Of a DNA stretch of 64,000 nucleotides, positions 32,942 to 44,693 are shown one piece after another. Source of the DNA: a phage; the sequence record PX880102.1. One strand, written 5' to 3'. Below the pieces are notes generated by a model. That model was not told the DNA's origin. It was given only the letters and a program-made list of their open reading frames with translations, and made no database searches. How positions within the stretch are numbered: the stretch's first letter is position 1; each line of letters opens with the position of its first letter. Both the position numbers and the translations under genes were made by a program.

Positions 32942-33402
32942 AAAGAGTCTCTTAATAGGTTTAACACATCAATAAATTCAGCTTCGGTTAGTATTGTATC
33001 ATCTTTTGTTAGACCACTAGCCATGCTATGCTTCAAAACTTTTCCTTTCGAGGCTTGTAATGCATCACGAAAGCCCTTGTTTTGGATCGCTGCTTCAAAA
33101 TATGCATTTGTGTATAATTCTTTCCACGCCGGGGAGTATCTTGAAAATGGAACTCCAAGCCAGAAGAGGGTCCCACGGTCCTGAGCTCTAGCATAAGACC
33201 TTCCAGCTTGTTGGGCGGCAAGCCCGGATAACCCAAATATACGACGTTGTTGTTCAACGTTTTTCACCTTGCACCCTTGGAGGAATCCTTCAAGACCTCC
33301 AAATTGAATACCATCCATAACGAAAGGCCAATGGGCGAAATTACTTAATGCACATGATGGCCACCTAAAATTACTTCTAATCTCTAACTCAGACATTTTC
33401 AA
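32938..33402 (-). CDS. NADAR / YbiA-like (DUF1768) domain protein (154 aa)
   Basis: Signature SNFAHWPFVMDG...LEGFLQGCK resembles E. coli YbiA FSNFAAWPIKVDG...SEHYFQAQK. Confidence 0.6.
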   Translation of the reverse strand: MKMSELEIRSNFRWPSCALSNFAHWPFVMDGIQFGGLEGFLQGCKVKNVEQQRRIFGLSGLAAQQAGRSYARAQDRGTLFWLGVPFSRYSPAWKELYTNAYFEAAIQNKGFRDALQASKGKVLKHSMASGLTKDDTILTEAEFIDVLNLLRDSL

Positions 33403-33595
33403 TGCTTATAATTTCAACATCAGCCCAATGACCATAGTTTGGTAGACGAAATTCAACTGGCCAGTCACTGCCTTTTTCTAATATAATAGACTTAACTTGT
33501 GGTTCTTCGTGTTCATCAGTATACGGATTTTTATCTGTTACTTTATATGTGACCTTAATGTACTGAATTCCAAAAATCTTATTAATTATATTCAT
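33389..33595 (-). CDS. Small hypothetical protein (68 aa)
   Basis: ORF in array. Confidence 0.5.
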   Translation of the reverse strand: MNIINKIFGIQYIKVTYKVTDKNPYTDEHEEPQVKSIILEKGSDWPVEFRLPNYGHWADVEIISIENV

Positions 33596-33789
33596 ACTAT
33601 TTCCTTTAATCCGTAGATAGGAGATAATTCATCGCCCATACGAAGGTCTTCATTTCCATCTACCCAAGAAACAATATAAGCCTTTTTTACTTGAACATCT
33701 CCCAATTTAAATGCGGGTAAAACCTTAGAAATTAATCCAGGTATACCAACTCCCTTTAATTCAACAGTTTGGCCTAAAAAGAATTTCAT
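33592..33789 (-). CDS. Small hypothetical protein (65 aa)
   Basis: ORF in array with ATGA-type overlap. Confidence 0.5.
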   Translation of the reverse strand: MKFFLGQTVELKGVGIPGLISKVLPAFKLGDVQVKKAYIVSWVDGNEDLRMGDELSPIYGLKEIV

Positions 33790-34076
33790 TAGAACCTCAT
33801 CTGAAAACCATGTGATTTAACATTACCACCATTAATATCAGAACTATTAATTTCACGTGCAATTGAGGGATCAATGTCAATTTCGCCATTAAGTTTAATG
33901 ATAGACAAAGTATCACGCCCATTTACTGTGCGGAACTCTAAAGGACAAACCACATCAACGTAGTTTTTAATCGATTCACTGGTAGGCTGCAAATGAGCAG
34001 GAAGGTCTTTAGGTGCCTTTGAGAAAACCACTTCACAGAAATTTTTACGAGTATCAAAATAAGTAGTCATAAACAT
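33789..34076 (-). CDS. Small hypothetical protein (95 aa from internal Met 34076; ORF track extends to 34127)
   Basis: GAGG Shine-Dalgarno 8 nt upstream of Met at 34076; hairpin between it and upstream gene. Confidence 0.5.
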   Translation of the reverse strand: MFMTTYFDTRKNFCEVVFSKAPKDLPAHLQPTSESIKNYVDVVCPLEFRTVNGRDTLSIIKLNGEIDIDPSIAREINSSDINGGNVKSHGFQMRF

Positions 34077-34116
34077 AATATTTTCCTCAGTAAGGGGCCG
34101 AAGCCCCTGTTTTATT

Positions 34117-34548
34117 TTAAATATCAAATTCGTTAAGAACTACATCAAAGATTGCTTCAAGATGCTCAGGTTTAGCTTTGTTAATCAGAATATGACGAAT
34201 CCAAGTTTTAACCAGAAGCTTGCGATTAGCACCATTCCAGCAAGGATGAGTCCCTAAATCGCGTCGACGGAAATCATCATCTAGAGCGACTTTAAAGTTG
34301 GAACCTTCCATCGTGATTGAAACCGTGATACCGTTTTCAAATCGCATATAAACGTAGTTAGGAGTCATATACTGTTCAATTTCGCATACTGATCCATTTT
34401 GATGTTTCCAAAGGCAAATAGTATCAATAGAACCTGCAATACCGTTAGAAACATATTTACGTTCAAAGTTGATGTAGTTCATTTTATTCTCCAGATGTTT
34501 AATTGCGGTACAGGTATATAATATCATATCCTGTACCAAAGTAAACAA
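34117..34548 (-). CDS. Hypothetical protein (143 aa)
   Basis: ORF in array. Confidence 0.5.
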   Translation of the reverse strand: MFTLVQDMILYTCTAIKHLENKMNYINFERKYVSNGIAGSIDTICLWKHQNGSVCEIEQYMTPNYVYMRFENGITVSITMEGSNFKVALDDDFRRRDLGTHPCWNGANRKLLVKTWIRHILINKAKPEHLEAIFDVVLNEFDI

Positions 34549-34881
34549 TTATTTTACTACTTTCCAGTGCTGCATGTCAAGTTTACCAACTTTTTTCATC
34601 TTCTCAATTAAGCGTTCGGCGCGTTGGCGAGCTGTAACATAATACCATTCACCCAATTCATTTTGTTCAATTTTTCCAACGATTACTGTGTTCAATTCAT
34701 AAATCCAACCAGTAAAGAAATTATGAACTTGAATTGTAAAGGTGAAATCTGTTCCCATACCTTCTGTTGTTTCTACTTCAATAATATCACCTTCAACTGC
34801 CATTAAGAACCACATAGTTTCATCATATTTACCGTTGAAGCATTTAGTTTTAACTGCAGCGTTCAGATTAATCGTTTTCAT
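34549..34881 (-). CDS. Hypothetical protein (110 aa)
   Basis: ORF preceded by early-type promoter (GTTTAC -35) and terminator. Confidence 0.5.
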   Translation of the reverse strand: MKTINLNAAVKTKCFNGKYDETMWFLMAVEGDIIEVETTEGMGTDFTFTIQVHNFFTGWIYELNTVIVGKIEQNELGEWYYVTARQRAERLIEKMKKVGKLDMQHWKVVK

Positions 34882-34908
34882 TTTATTCTCCTTTGTTTGT
34901 GTAAGATA

Positions 34909-34938
34909 ATACTATCACAAAGGAACCATACTGTAAAC
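34909..34938 (-). promoter_or_regulatory. Putative early promoter (GTTTAC -35, TAGTAT -10) for the 110 aa ORF
   Basis: Minus-strand GTTTAC with -10-like hexamer at 18 bp spacing, 28 bp upstream of ATG. Confidence 0.45.
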
Positions 34939-34960
34939 AACTTTGTGCAATCTTTGGAAA

Positions 34961-34986
34961 ATAAAAAAGGACTCCCGAAGGAGTCC
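34961..34986 (-). terminator. Rho-independent terminator downstream of the basic small ORF
   Basis: Minus strand GGACTCC-TTCG-GGAGTCC then TTTTTTATTTT. Confidence 0.75.
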
Positions 34987-34991
34987 TCAAC

Positions 34992-35210
34992 TTATGCTTT
35001 CTGCTTACCAAAACGAGAAGCATCATCTCGAAGAACCGCACGTGCTCGGCGCATGATCTTCTCAACAGTTTGATTGATACGAGAGTTCGACCCACGCTTG
35101 TAGCCAGCGCGTTTAGAATCACCAACTTTCTTTTCAACTGCTTTCTTTGCTTTAGCTTGTTTTGCCATTATAAATTCTCTTTTAAATGAAAATGCAGGAC
35201 TTATTGGCAT
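34992..35210 (-). CDS. Small lysine/arginine-rich protein (58-72 aa, start uncertain)
   Basis: Basic ORF MAKQAKAKKAVEKK...; hairpin terminator immediately downstream. Confidence 0.45.
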   Translation of the reverse strand: MPISPAFSFKREFIMAKQAKAKKAVEKKVGDSKRAGYKRGSNSRINQTVEKIMRRARAVLRDDASRFGKQKA

Positions 35211-35456
35211 TGCCTGCGCAAGCCCTCAAGGGGAACATAGGTTTTTGAATATTTAACGACCAGGATAACCATAAACCCGTCATCATACACCAAGACTTAC
35301 ACAGATAACACTTTTCTGACGTATGATAGTAACATTCAAGAGGTACACCATAAAACTGCCGGGGTCTTAAAACTATAATGATTCGCAAATCATTAATCAG
35401 ACAGTTCGATGGCTCCTCGATTTTAGCTCACACTAAGGCAGTGAATCTCCAATAAA

Positions 35457-35705
35457 TTACTTCAGTGTTACCACAAAGTGACGAACTGCTTTTCGTGCAG
35501 CAGAAGCCAAAGGCTTAGCATATTTAAGTTCATCTTTTTCCTGAAGCTCAGCAGCTAATGCAGTTTGAGCAGGATTCAGATGTTTGAAATAACGCAGGAT
35601 TTCAAGAGCTTCGGCTTCAACATCAATAGATGCGCCATAGTTTTCGTGACCATTATTCCATGCGTTTCGTTGCAGTTCAAGAGCGTGTTGTAATTGTTTA
35701 ATCAT
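35457..35705 (-). CDS. rIII: RIII-like lysis inhibition accessory protein (82 aa)
   Basis: 82 aa ORF at the position adjacent to gene 31 where T4 rIII lies; length matches T4 RIII as recalled. Confidence 0.55.
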   Translation of the reverse strand: MIKQLQHALELQRNAWNNGHENYGASIDVEAEALEILRYFKHLNPAQTALAAELQEKDELKYAKPLASAARKAVRHFVVTLK

Positions 35706-35852
35706 TTAAAAATTCTCGTTAGAGATTAAAACTCGGTAGTCACGTTCTTCTGAATTTCATCTTCTTTCGACAGATCTCTCAGTTGTAGACTACCACATAG
35801 AATTGTTCGGTTAACTTATTATTCCGACACCCAATTCATATTATTATTTATA

Positions 35853-36188
35853 TCACTTATAAAGACACGGAATAGCTTTATAGTGACAAGTGACGAATTT
35901 TTGTTTAATTTCTTTTGGCTGCTTAAGACCCAGAGCTACAAAAGGATGCGGAACGTTTCGAATTTGACCAACTGGAAGAGAAGTCAAATCACCAACTTCG
36001 CAGAAACCTTCAGGAACATCAGGACCAACAGAGTGAACTACACACAGTTCAGGAACTTCACCTTGAACACGTTTACCGATAATAAGTCCTGATTCTGTAA
36101 CTTCTTCATCACCGGCTTGTGCAGGTTCAGAAACTAAAATAACATATTCACCGACAGCACGAATTGGTAGCTGTTGTACTTCAGACAT
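35853..36188 (-). CDS. 31: Co-chaperonin gp31 (GroES analogue, 111 aa)
   Basis: 111 aa as T4 gp31; synteny. Confidence 0.88.
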
Positions 36189-36244
36189 CGTTTTTCCTTT
36201 TTGTTAACAGATGAATTAATAATAACAAATAATTCTTAAAGCAT

Positions 36245-36553
36245 TTATTTACCAATAAATTGGAGCAAATGCTCAACTTTCATACCATTAACGGAAATCA
36301 ATTTGTCAATAGAAAAACCTCGCCATGCACCAAGCTCAACATCAAATACTGGAATCATGTCAGTAGATTCTTTCCGAGTAGATTCAGTCAATTTACCAGT
36401 TTGCATGGTTGGCATAAAGTCCGCATCACGAGTGCCTTTCATAGTACGAATAGTACCATCAGACTTTTCAAAAACTACGTTTGAAACCCCCATGGACAAT
36501 TTAGTTTTCAAAATTTCACGAATTGCTACTTTTTGTTCAGTCGTCAGTTTCAT
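36245..36553 (-). CDS. Hypothetical protein (102 aa), T4 31.1 position
   Basis: ORF in array. Confidence 0.55.
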   Translation of the reverse strand: MKLTTEQKVAIREILKTKLSMGVSNVVFEKSDGTIRTMKGTRDADFMPTMQTGKLTESTRKESTDMIPVFDVELGAWRGFSIDKLISVNGMKVEHLLQFIGK

Positions 36554-36790
36554 TTATTTACCTATTACAGTTTTAATATGAGTTGTTCCACGTTCTTTAA
36601 GAGTGGAAAGCAATTTTTGGCATTTTTCTAAATCAGATTTCCAACTATACGGCCTATCAATACTAGTCCAATCAGTTTTATAATACTGTTTCCATTTAGA
36701 GAAAAAATATTTCTTATACTCTACAGCAAATGAGATGTTCTCGTTGGAATAAGAACTAATTGCTGTGAGCTGTACCAAACGAAATTTCAT
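36554..36790 (-). CDS. Hypothetical protein (78 aa), T4 31.2 position
   Basis: ORF in array. Confidence 0.5.
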   Translation of the reverse strand: MKFRLVQLTAISSYSNENISFAVEYKKYFFSKWKQYYKTDWTSIDRPYSWKSDLEKCQKLLSTLKERGTTHIKTVIGK

Positions 36791-37371
36791 TATTCACCAC
36801 AGAATTCGTTGATATTTTCCCAGTTTAACTTATTCAAGTTTTTCTTAGGAACATTAAACACTTCAATACCTGCATTTCGCAGAATATCATCCCAGCCAGG
36901 TTTATTTTTATCGTATGTTTCGCAATAAACCAGCTTTTTAATTCCAGATTGAGCTATCGCTTTTGCACAATCTGGGCAAGGAGAAAGTGTTACATACATA
37001 GTAGCACCTTCAATTGAAGAACCGTTTCGTGCAGCAAACAAAATCGCATTTAGTTCAGCATGAATTTCATTTTTAGACGACCATTCAGAGTGAGCGCTAC
37101 GGTGTTCTTTCGCTAAGACAAAACGATCAGTTGAACCAAATGATACACATTCAGGCTTATGACCTTGAATGATAGTATGTTTAGGCTTATTCAGCAACCA
37201 TCCTTGCTCAGCAGCATAATCACAACAGTTCACACCCCCTGCGGGTGAACCATTATACCCAGTAGAAATAATACGTCCATTCTTTTCAATTACTGCTCCT
37301 ACCTTCCAGGAGCAACATTTTGATTCTTGTGATACTAAATATGCAATTTGAAGTACTGTACTCGCTTTCAT
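36790..37371 (-). CDS. cd: dCMP deaminase (193 aa)
   Basis: Cytidine/dCMP deaminase zinc motifs HAELNAI and PCPDCA; 193 aa as T4 Cd. Confidence 0.92.
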   Translation of the reverse strand: MKASTVLQIAYLVSQESKCCSWKVGAVIEKNGRIISTGYNGSPAGGVNCCDYAAEQGWLLNKPKHTIIQGHKPECVSFGSTDRFVLAKEHRSAHSEWSSKNEIHAELNAILFAARNGSSIEGATMYVTLSPCPDCAKAIAQSGIKKLVYCETYDKNKPGWDDILRNAGIEVFNVPKKNLNKLNWENINEFCGE

Positions 37372-37706
37372 TTCATAATCACCAGATAAGCAGATTTAGC
37401 AGTTTCAACACGATAAATTTCGTGACGAAGTTTAGTTATACTTTTAATAACAGAACTAATTATATTCTGCCCATCTTTAAAGCGGTTTTTCTTGTCAATA
37501 AAAATTGCGCCAATCATCTTTTTGTGAAGCTCAACTGGATACTTCGTCACAATAATAGCATCATATACAGAAGGATGAATACTATTTACTAGAGTGTCAT
37601 TCATTAAAGTTATTCTAATGAACTGTGCCGTTTCAGAGTCAAGCGCTCTATGATCGCCAGTATCATTTTCAAGACAATTATCAATTATATCAGTTAAATT
37701 CATCAT
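37368..37706 (-). CDS. Hypothetical protein (112 aa)
   Basis: ORF with ATGA overlap. Confidence 0.5.
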   Translation of the reverse strand: MMNLTDIIDNCLENDTGDHRALDSETAQFIRITLMNDTLVNSIHPSVYDAIIVTKYPVELHKKMIGAIFIDKKNRFKDGQNIISSVIKSITKLRHEIYRVETAKSAYLVIMK

Positions 37707-37939
37707 AGTACGCCATACACCCTTTGTGCTTCAACTAATCCATCAAAATCCAATTTGAGATGTGTTATTTGGTCACCATCACCTGGATTCACAATTACTA
37801 ATACTGAACGAGGAGTTTCGGTAATAACACGAACCGATGTTTCAGGAAATCGTTCAGAAACCTTATTTACCAATTCCTGAGCAAATAGTTTAACTTTTTC
37901 TTGGAATTCTTTGACAGTAATTGGTTTTTCACTTAGCAT
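37703..37939 (-). CDS. Hypothetical protein (78 aa)
   Basis: ORF with overlap. Confidence 0.5.
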   Translation of the reverse strand: MLSEKPITVKEFQEKVKLFAQELVNKVSERFPETSVRVITETPRSVLVIVNPGDGDQITHLKLDFDGLVEAQRVYGVL

Positions 37940-38463
37940 GTTGATCCCAGCTCCTTACTTTCAACGTTTTTGACTAATTTAACAGAAACTAATTCAGCAT
38001 CTTGTGTAATCATTACCGGGCCTTCTTCATACTCTTCAAGATATTCTAGAGCTTTCTTTTTAGCTTCTTCCTTCGTGTCAGTTTGAGCATAGATATAAAA
38101 CATGCAACCACCAGTAATACCTACTACTTTCCACTTAATTTCTTTATCAGTTTTAATTTCAAATTTACTGACAGAATCATCTTTTTGAACTTCTTCGAAA
38201 AAAGAATATTCTAACATATAAGCAATTGAAAATAGCGGGCTAACTTTATAGGATTCGCCCATTACATCAACAGCTTTATACCAGCGGTCATCAATTTCGC
38301 GTTTAATGCTAATAACATTTTTCGCAGGATCTATTTTTACTTTAAATGAATTTTCCCCAATAAACTGGGCAATTCGTTTATTAGCCCCGCAAGTTTCATT
38401 AAAAATATCTTTATATCCAGCTTTAAAGCGATAAACCTTATCTTCTTCAAACCATTCGCTCAT
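37933..38463 (-). CDS. Hypothetical protein (176 aa)
   Basis: ORF in array. Confidence 0.5.
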   Translation of the reverse strand: MSEWFEEDKVYRFKAGYKDIFNETCGANKRIAQFIGENSFKVKIDPAKNVISIKREIDDRWYKAVDVMGESYKVSPLFSIAYMLEYSFFEEVQKDDSVSKFEIKTDKEIKWKVVGITGGCMFYIYAQTDTKEEAKKKALEYLEEYEEGPVMITQDAELVSVKLVKNVESKELGSTC

Positions 38464-38525
38464 TTCAATTTCCTCATTTGTTTTGGTAGAGCTATAATAT
38501 CACAACTCTACCGTAAAGTAAACTA

Positions 38526-38807
38526 TTAAATTGCTTTGAATTCTGCTGTCTGTGATTTAAAGCGAATATCGCCTTTGATGACTAGCTCAGCATCAAGACC
38601 GAATACGACAATGATATGCGCGGAACCTGGATACAGCGTAATTGCAATAGAATCCACTTGGTCTGGAAGCAAAGCGTTCAATACATGAGTCACTTGAGCG
38701 TGGATTCGAAGTTCAGCTGCATTATCAAGCTTTTCAAACATGTTATTAGCGATAATTTGGCTAAACACTACTTCTACGATTTTAGAATAAGTCGGAAACA
38801 TACTCAC
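38526..38807 (-). CDS. Hypothetical protein (93 aa)
   Basis: ORF in array. Confidence 0.5.
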   Translation of the reverse strand: MSMFPTYSKIVEVVFSQIIANNMFEKLDNAAELRIHAQVTHVLNALLPDQVDSIAITLYPGSAHIIVVFGLDAELVIKGDIRFKSQTAEFKAI

Positions 38808-38996
38808 CCCACATAATTTTCTTCAAGCCAATTAATAACATCCAACGCATTATCAAAAGTTGAACCATCTACTATGTCTTCTGTTTCATAATCAAGAATA
38901 TCTAAGTCTATTCTTCCATCAACAATAGGCCATAAACAAAATAGATATTTCTTTTCTTTTTCAATTTTATCGCAAAGTTGATAAATCTTTTCTATG

Positions 38997-39004
<8 letters not shown>
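38804..39004 (-). CDS. Hypothetical protein (66 aa)
   Basis: ORF in array. Confidence 0.45.
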
Positions 39005-40416
<1,412 letters not shown>

Positions 40417-40644
40417 TTATTTTTTCTCAACCAATGATTGAATATAATCATGGAGGTCTTTAGATGCTTTACCCCACTTATTTTGGTATTCATTTTTAAG
40501 ATTAGCACGTGATTGAGCTAATAAAACATCATTAGTTGGAGGTAAAGATTCTAATCGCTGAATCTGGCGTCCATAAATCATTGCAGCCATCTCGGATTCA
40601 TAAATCAATCCTTTGAGATGTTCAAATTGATGCCATGAAATCAT
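40417..40644 (-). CDS. Hypothetical protein (75 aa)
   Basis: ORF in array. Confidence 0.5.
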   Translation of the reverse strand: MISWHQFEHLKGLIYESEMAAMIYGRQIQRLESLPPTNDVLLAQSRANLKNEYQNKWGKASKDLHDYIQSLVEKK

Positions 40645-40940
40645 TTACATTTATCCTCTTTTAACTCTTGACGATAATAACATATCATAGTTTTCTGATC
40701 ATGTACATATCGTTTTACATCATTAAGCCAAATACGAAATTCCTGAGAATCTTCAAATGGCATACCGACCCAAGCTTTACCATCGATAACTTTAACTTGC
40801 CAAGATAGTTTAGCTTCGTCATATGACTTTATTTGTACAGGCCAATTAGGATGAACTGTTTCTTTCTTTACTTCTAGAGGCTTTGTCGAACAACCAACTA
40901 GAAGACCAATAGATAATATTACTGCTGATAGTTTAATCAT
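40641..40940 (-). CDS. Outer-membrane spanin-like lipoprotein (99 aa)
   Basis: Signal peptide with lipobox LLVGC then Cys; adjacent to inner-membrane partner; T4 pseT.2 position. Confidence 0.7.
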   Translation of the reverse strand: MIKLSAVILSIGLLVGCSTKPLEVKKETVHPNWPVQIKSYDEAKLSWQVKVIDGKAWVGMPFEDSQEFRIWLNDVKRYVHDQKTMICYYRQELKEDKCK

Positions 40941-41290
40941 TTAGAAAGGTCCTGGATGTCTTCTGCGAACTTGTTGAAGGAGTTGTTGATTTGTTTTTCA
41001 ACCAATCCTGGCTTATGAGCCACCACATCCGCCTTCTTTGCGTCTTTGCGCAGTTTTTCATTTTCACGCTCAATAGCAGCAATTGCCTCACGATTTTTAT
41101 TATTCATCGCATCAATATAATTATACTGAATTCGCAAATTATTTAATGCTAAGGCGTTTTCATTGGCTGTTTTTGTAATTTCAGTAACTGATGTTTCTAA
41201 TCTTTCTACCTTATTTTTTAAAATAATAGATGTTCCGCCAAATGCTATTACAAGTAATAGCAATCCAGCTGTAAAATTACTTACATGCAT
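40937..41290 (-). CDS. Inner-membrane spanin-like protein (117 aa)
   Basis: N-terminal transmembrane helix GLLLLVIAFGG then coiled-coil; T4 pseT.3 position. Confidence 0.65.
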   Translation of the reverse strand: MHVSNFTAGLLLLVIAFGGTSIILKNKVERLETSVTEITKTANENALALNNLRIQYNYIDAMNNKNREAIAAIERENEKLRKDAKKADVVAHKPGLVEKQINNSFNKFAEDIQDLSK

Positions 41291-41784
41291 AAAGTTTTAA
41301 TAACCTCTATAATATCGTCTTGAGAAAGACCGTTAATTAAAATATGATGTTCCGCCGGAGATTTAGAAATTTTAAAGCATGCCGCAACATCTTCTGCCAT
41401 ATCCGATGCGCTACGATTTGGATTACTAATTCCAAGACGATGTTTTCCCGTTAAAGGATTAACGATGATATAGCATTTACAGTTGTTAATATGAACATTA
41501 GGTTGAGTCTGATTAATGAACACATCGCAATCATATTTCGCAAGCTGATTTTCTAAAAAGACTTTCATCTCCTCAACTGCATCAGGAAGCATATCACGGG
41601 CTTGCTCAAGACGACGATTTCGATATTCTTTAATGGTCGTTTTCCGCTTGACTTGTTTAGCTAAATCTTTCTTAAGATCGGTGATATATCCAACTCGACG
41701 ATTTCCTTTAAATACAGAAATCCCATCTGTAGTATCACCATATGCTTCAACGACCATCTCAGTAGTAATAAGCTGCAAATCCAT
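41281..41784 (-). CDS. alc: Alc-like protein (167 aa from second Met)
   Basis: 167 aa ORF between spanins and rnlA, as T4 alc; early-type promoter upstream. Confidence 0.65.
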   Translation of the reverse strand: MDLQLITTEMVVEAYGDTTDGISVFKGNRRVGYITDLKKDLAKQVKRKTTIKEYRNRRLEQARDMLPDAVEEMKVFLENQLAKYDCDVFINQTQPNVHINNCKCYIIVNPLTGKHRLGISNPNRSASDMAEDVAACFKISKSPAEHHILINGLSQDDIIEVIKTLCM

Positions 41785-41792
41785 CATAAAGT

Positions 41793-41845
41793 CCTCATGT
41801 TATGTCAGTAAGACTACTGTAACACAACACAAGGGACTTGTAAAC
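41793..41845 (-). promoter_or_regulatory. Early-type promoter plus leader; copy B of repeated cassette, upstream of alc
   Basis: 51 of 53 bp identical to 25935..25987; GTTTAC -35, TACAGT -10, GAGGA Shine-Dalgarno. Confidence 0.6.
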
Positions 41846-41848
41846 AGC

Positions 41849-43436
<1,588 letters not shown>

Positions 43437-43463
43437 AATAAAATGGGCCTTGCGGCCCACTCC

Positions 43464-44642
43464 TTAAAAATATTTTTTAAAACTCATCATAACTTTATCA
43501 TCAACGTCATTATCAATCTGTGCTACAAGATAAGATGACAGTTCTACTTCTTGTGGCGCGGATTGAACATTATCAGAATTAAGATATTCACGAATCCAAG
43601 GATACGGATGTTTAACCGGAGCATCGGTAATTGGGCATGGAAGACCGCACTGTTTCATACGAGATACAGTTAAGTAATCAATAAAGCTCCACATGCTATT
43701 TGTATTTAATCCAGGAACATCGCCATCTTTAAATAAATGAACTGCCCAGTCTTTTTCTTGGCGGTTAACTTCCATGAAAATATCAACTGCTTCTTGTTCA
43801 CACTCTTGGGCGATTTTAACCCATTCATCACCATCAGTACCAAGTTGAAGTTGACGAATAATATATTGGGTGCCTTTAAGGTGAAGCTGCTCATCACGTG
43901 CAATGAACTTCATAATCTTAGCATTACCTTCCATGATTTCCATGTTCTTATGGAAGTTAAAGGTACATGCGAAAGATACATAAAAACGAATAGCTTCCAA
44001 TGCGTTGATTACGTGCAGGCAGAGGTAAAGAGATTTCATTAGCTCACGCTTCCAATATGTCTCATGCTCAATAGCATCTTCAATAACGTCTTCGTCTGCA
44101 TTAATTTCTTTTTGGTATTCGATATCAGCTTTAGCGTTTTCCCAATAACGAGTTTTAATCAGAACATCATCATAATAACGTCCAATGGATTCAGCACGTT
44201 TCATAATAGCTTCATCTAATACAATTTCATCAAATACCTTCGATGGATCAGTATAAAGATTTCGCATGATATGCGTATATGAACGGCTGTGAATAGTTTC
44301 ACTAAAAGTCCACGTAGCAACCCATGTATCAAGGCTTGGGTCTGAAATTAATGACATAAGTACAGCAGACGGCGCACGACCCTGAATGCTATCCAAAAGT
44401 GATTGATATTTCAGATTATTAGTAAAAATATTTTGCTGATACTGAGGAAGCTTATTAAACTGTGCAGCATCCATCATCAAGTTTACTTCTTCAGGACGCC
44501 AGAAAAATGATAATTGCTTTTCGGTCAAATCTTCAAAAACTTTATGGCGGTGAATATCATAACGCGCAATACCAAGACCTGAACCAAAAAACATAGGTTC
44601 TTTTAAAACATCAACTGGATTTGTATTAAAAACTGTGCTCAT
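43464..44642 (-). CDS. nrdB: Ribonucleotide reductase small subunit NrdB (392 aa), uninterrupted
   Basis: Class Ia R2-like sequence; continuous ORF without intron. Confidence 0.92.
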   Translation of the reverse strand: MSTVFNTNPVDVLKEPMFFGSGLGIARYDIHRHKVFEDLTEKQLSFFWRPEEVNLMMDAAQFNKLPQYQQNIFTNNLKYQSLLDSIQGRAPSAVLMSLISDPSLDTWVATWTFSETIHSRSYTHIMRNLYTDPSKVFDEIVLDEAIMKRAESIGRYYDDVLIKTRYWENAKADIEYQKEINADEDVIEDAIEHETYWKRELMKSLYLCLHVINALEAIRFYVSFACTFNFHKNMEIMEGNAKIMKFIARDEQLHLKGTQYIIRQLQLGTDGDEWVKIAQECEQEAVDIFMEVNRQEKDWAVHLFKDGDVPGLNTNSMWSFIDYLTVSRMKQCGLPCPITDAPVKHPYPWIREYLNSDNVQSAPQEVELSSYLVAQIDNDVDDKVMMSFKKYF

Positions 44643-44693
44643 AAATTTTCCACTTAGTTAATAGATAGTGACTCGTCCATGAGTCAAATTATA

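Noticed and set aside
34883-35137. 84 aa alternative-frame ORF overlapping the basic small ORF
   Set aside because: The other frame has a terminator placed right after its stop and fits the operon layout better; only one can be real.
35182-35388. 68 aa Cys/Trp-rich ORF in the non-coding gap
   Set aside because: Atypical composition, no ribosome-binding site, overlaps the better-supported basic ORF; the region is reported as a non-coding gap instead.
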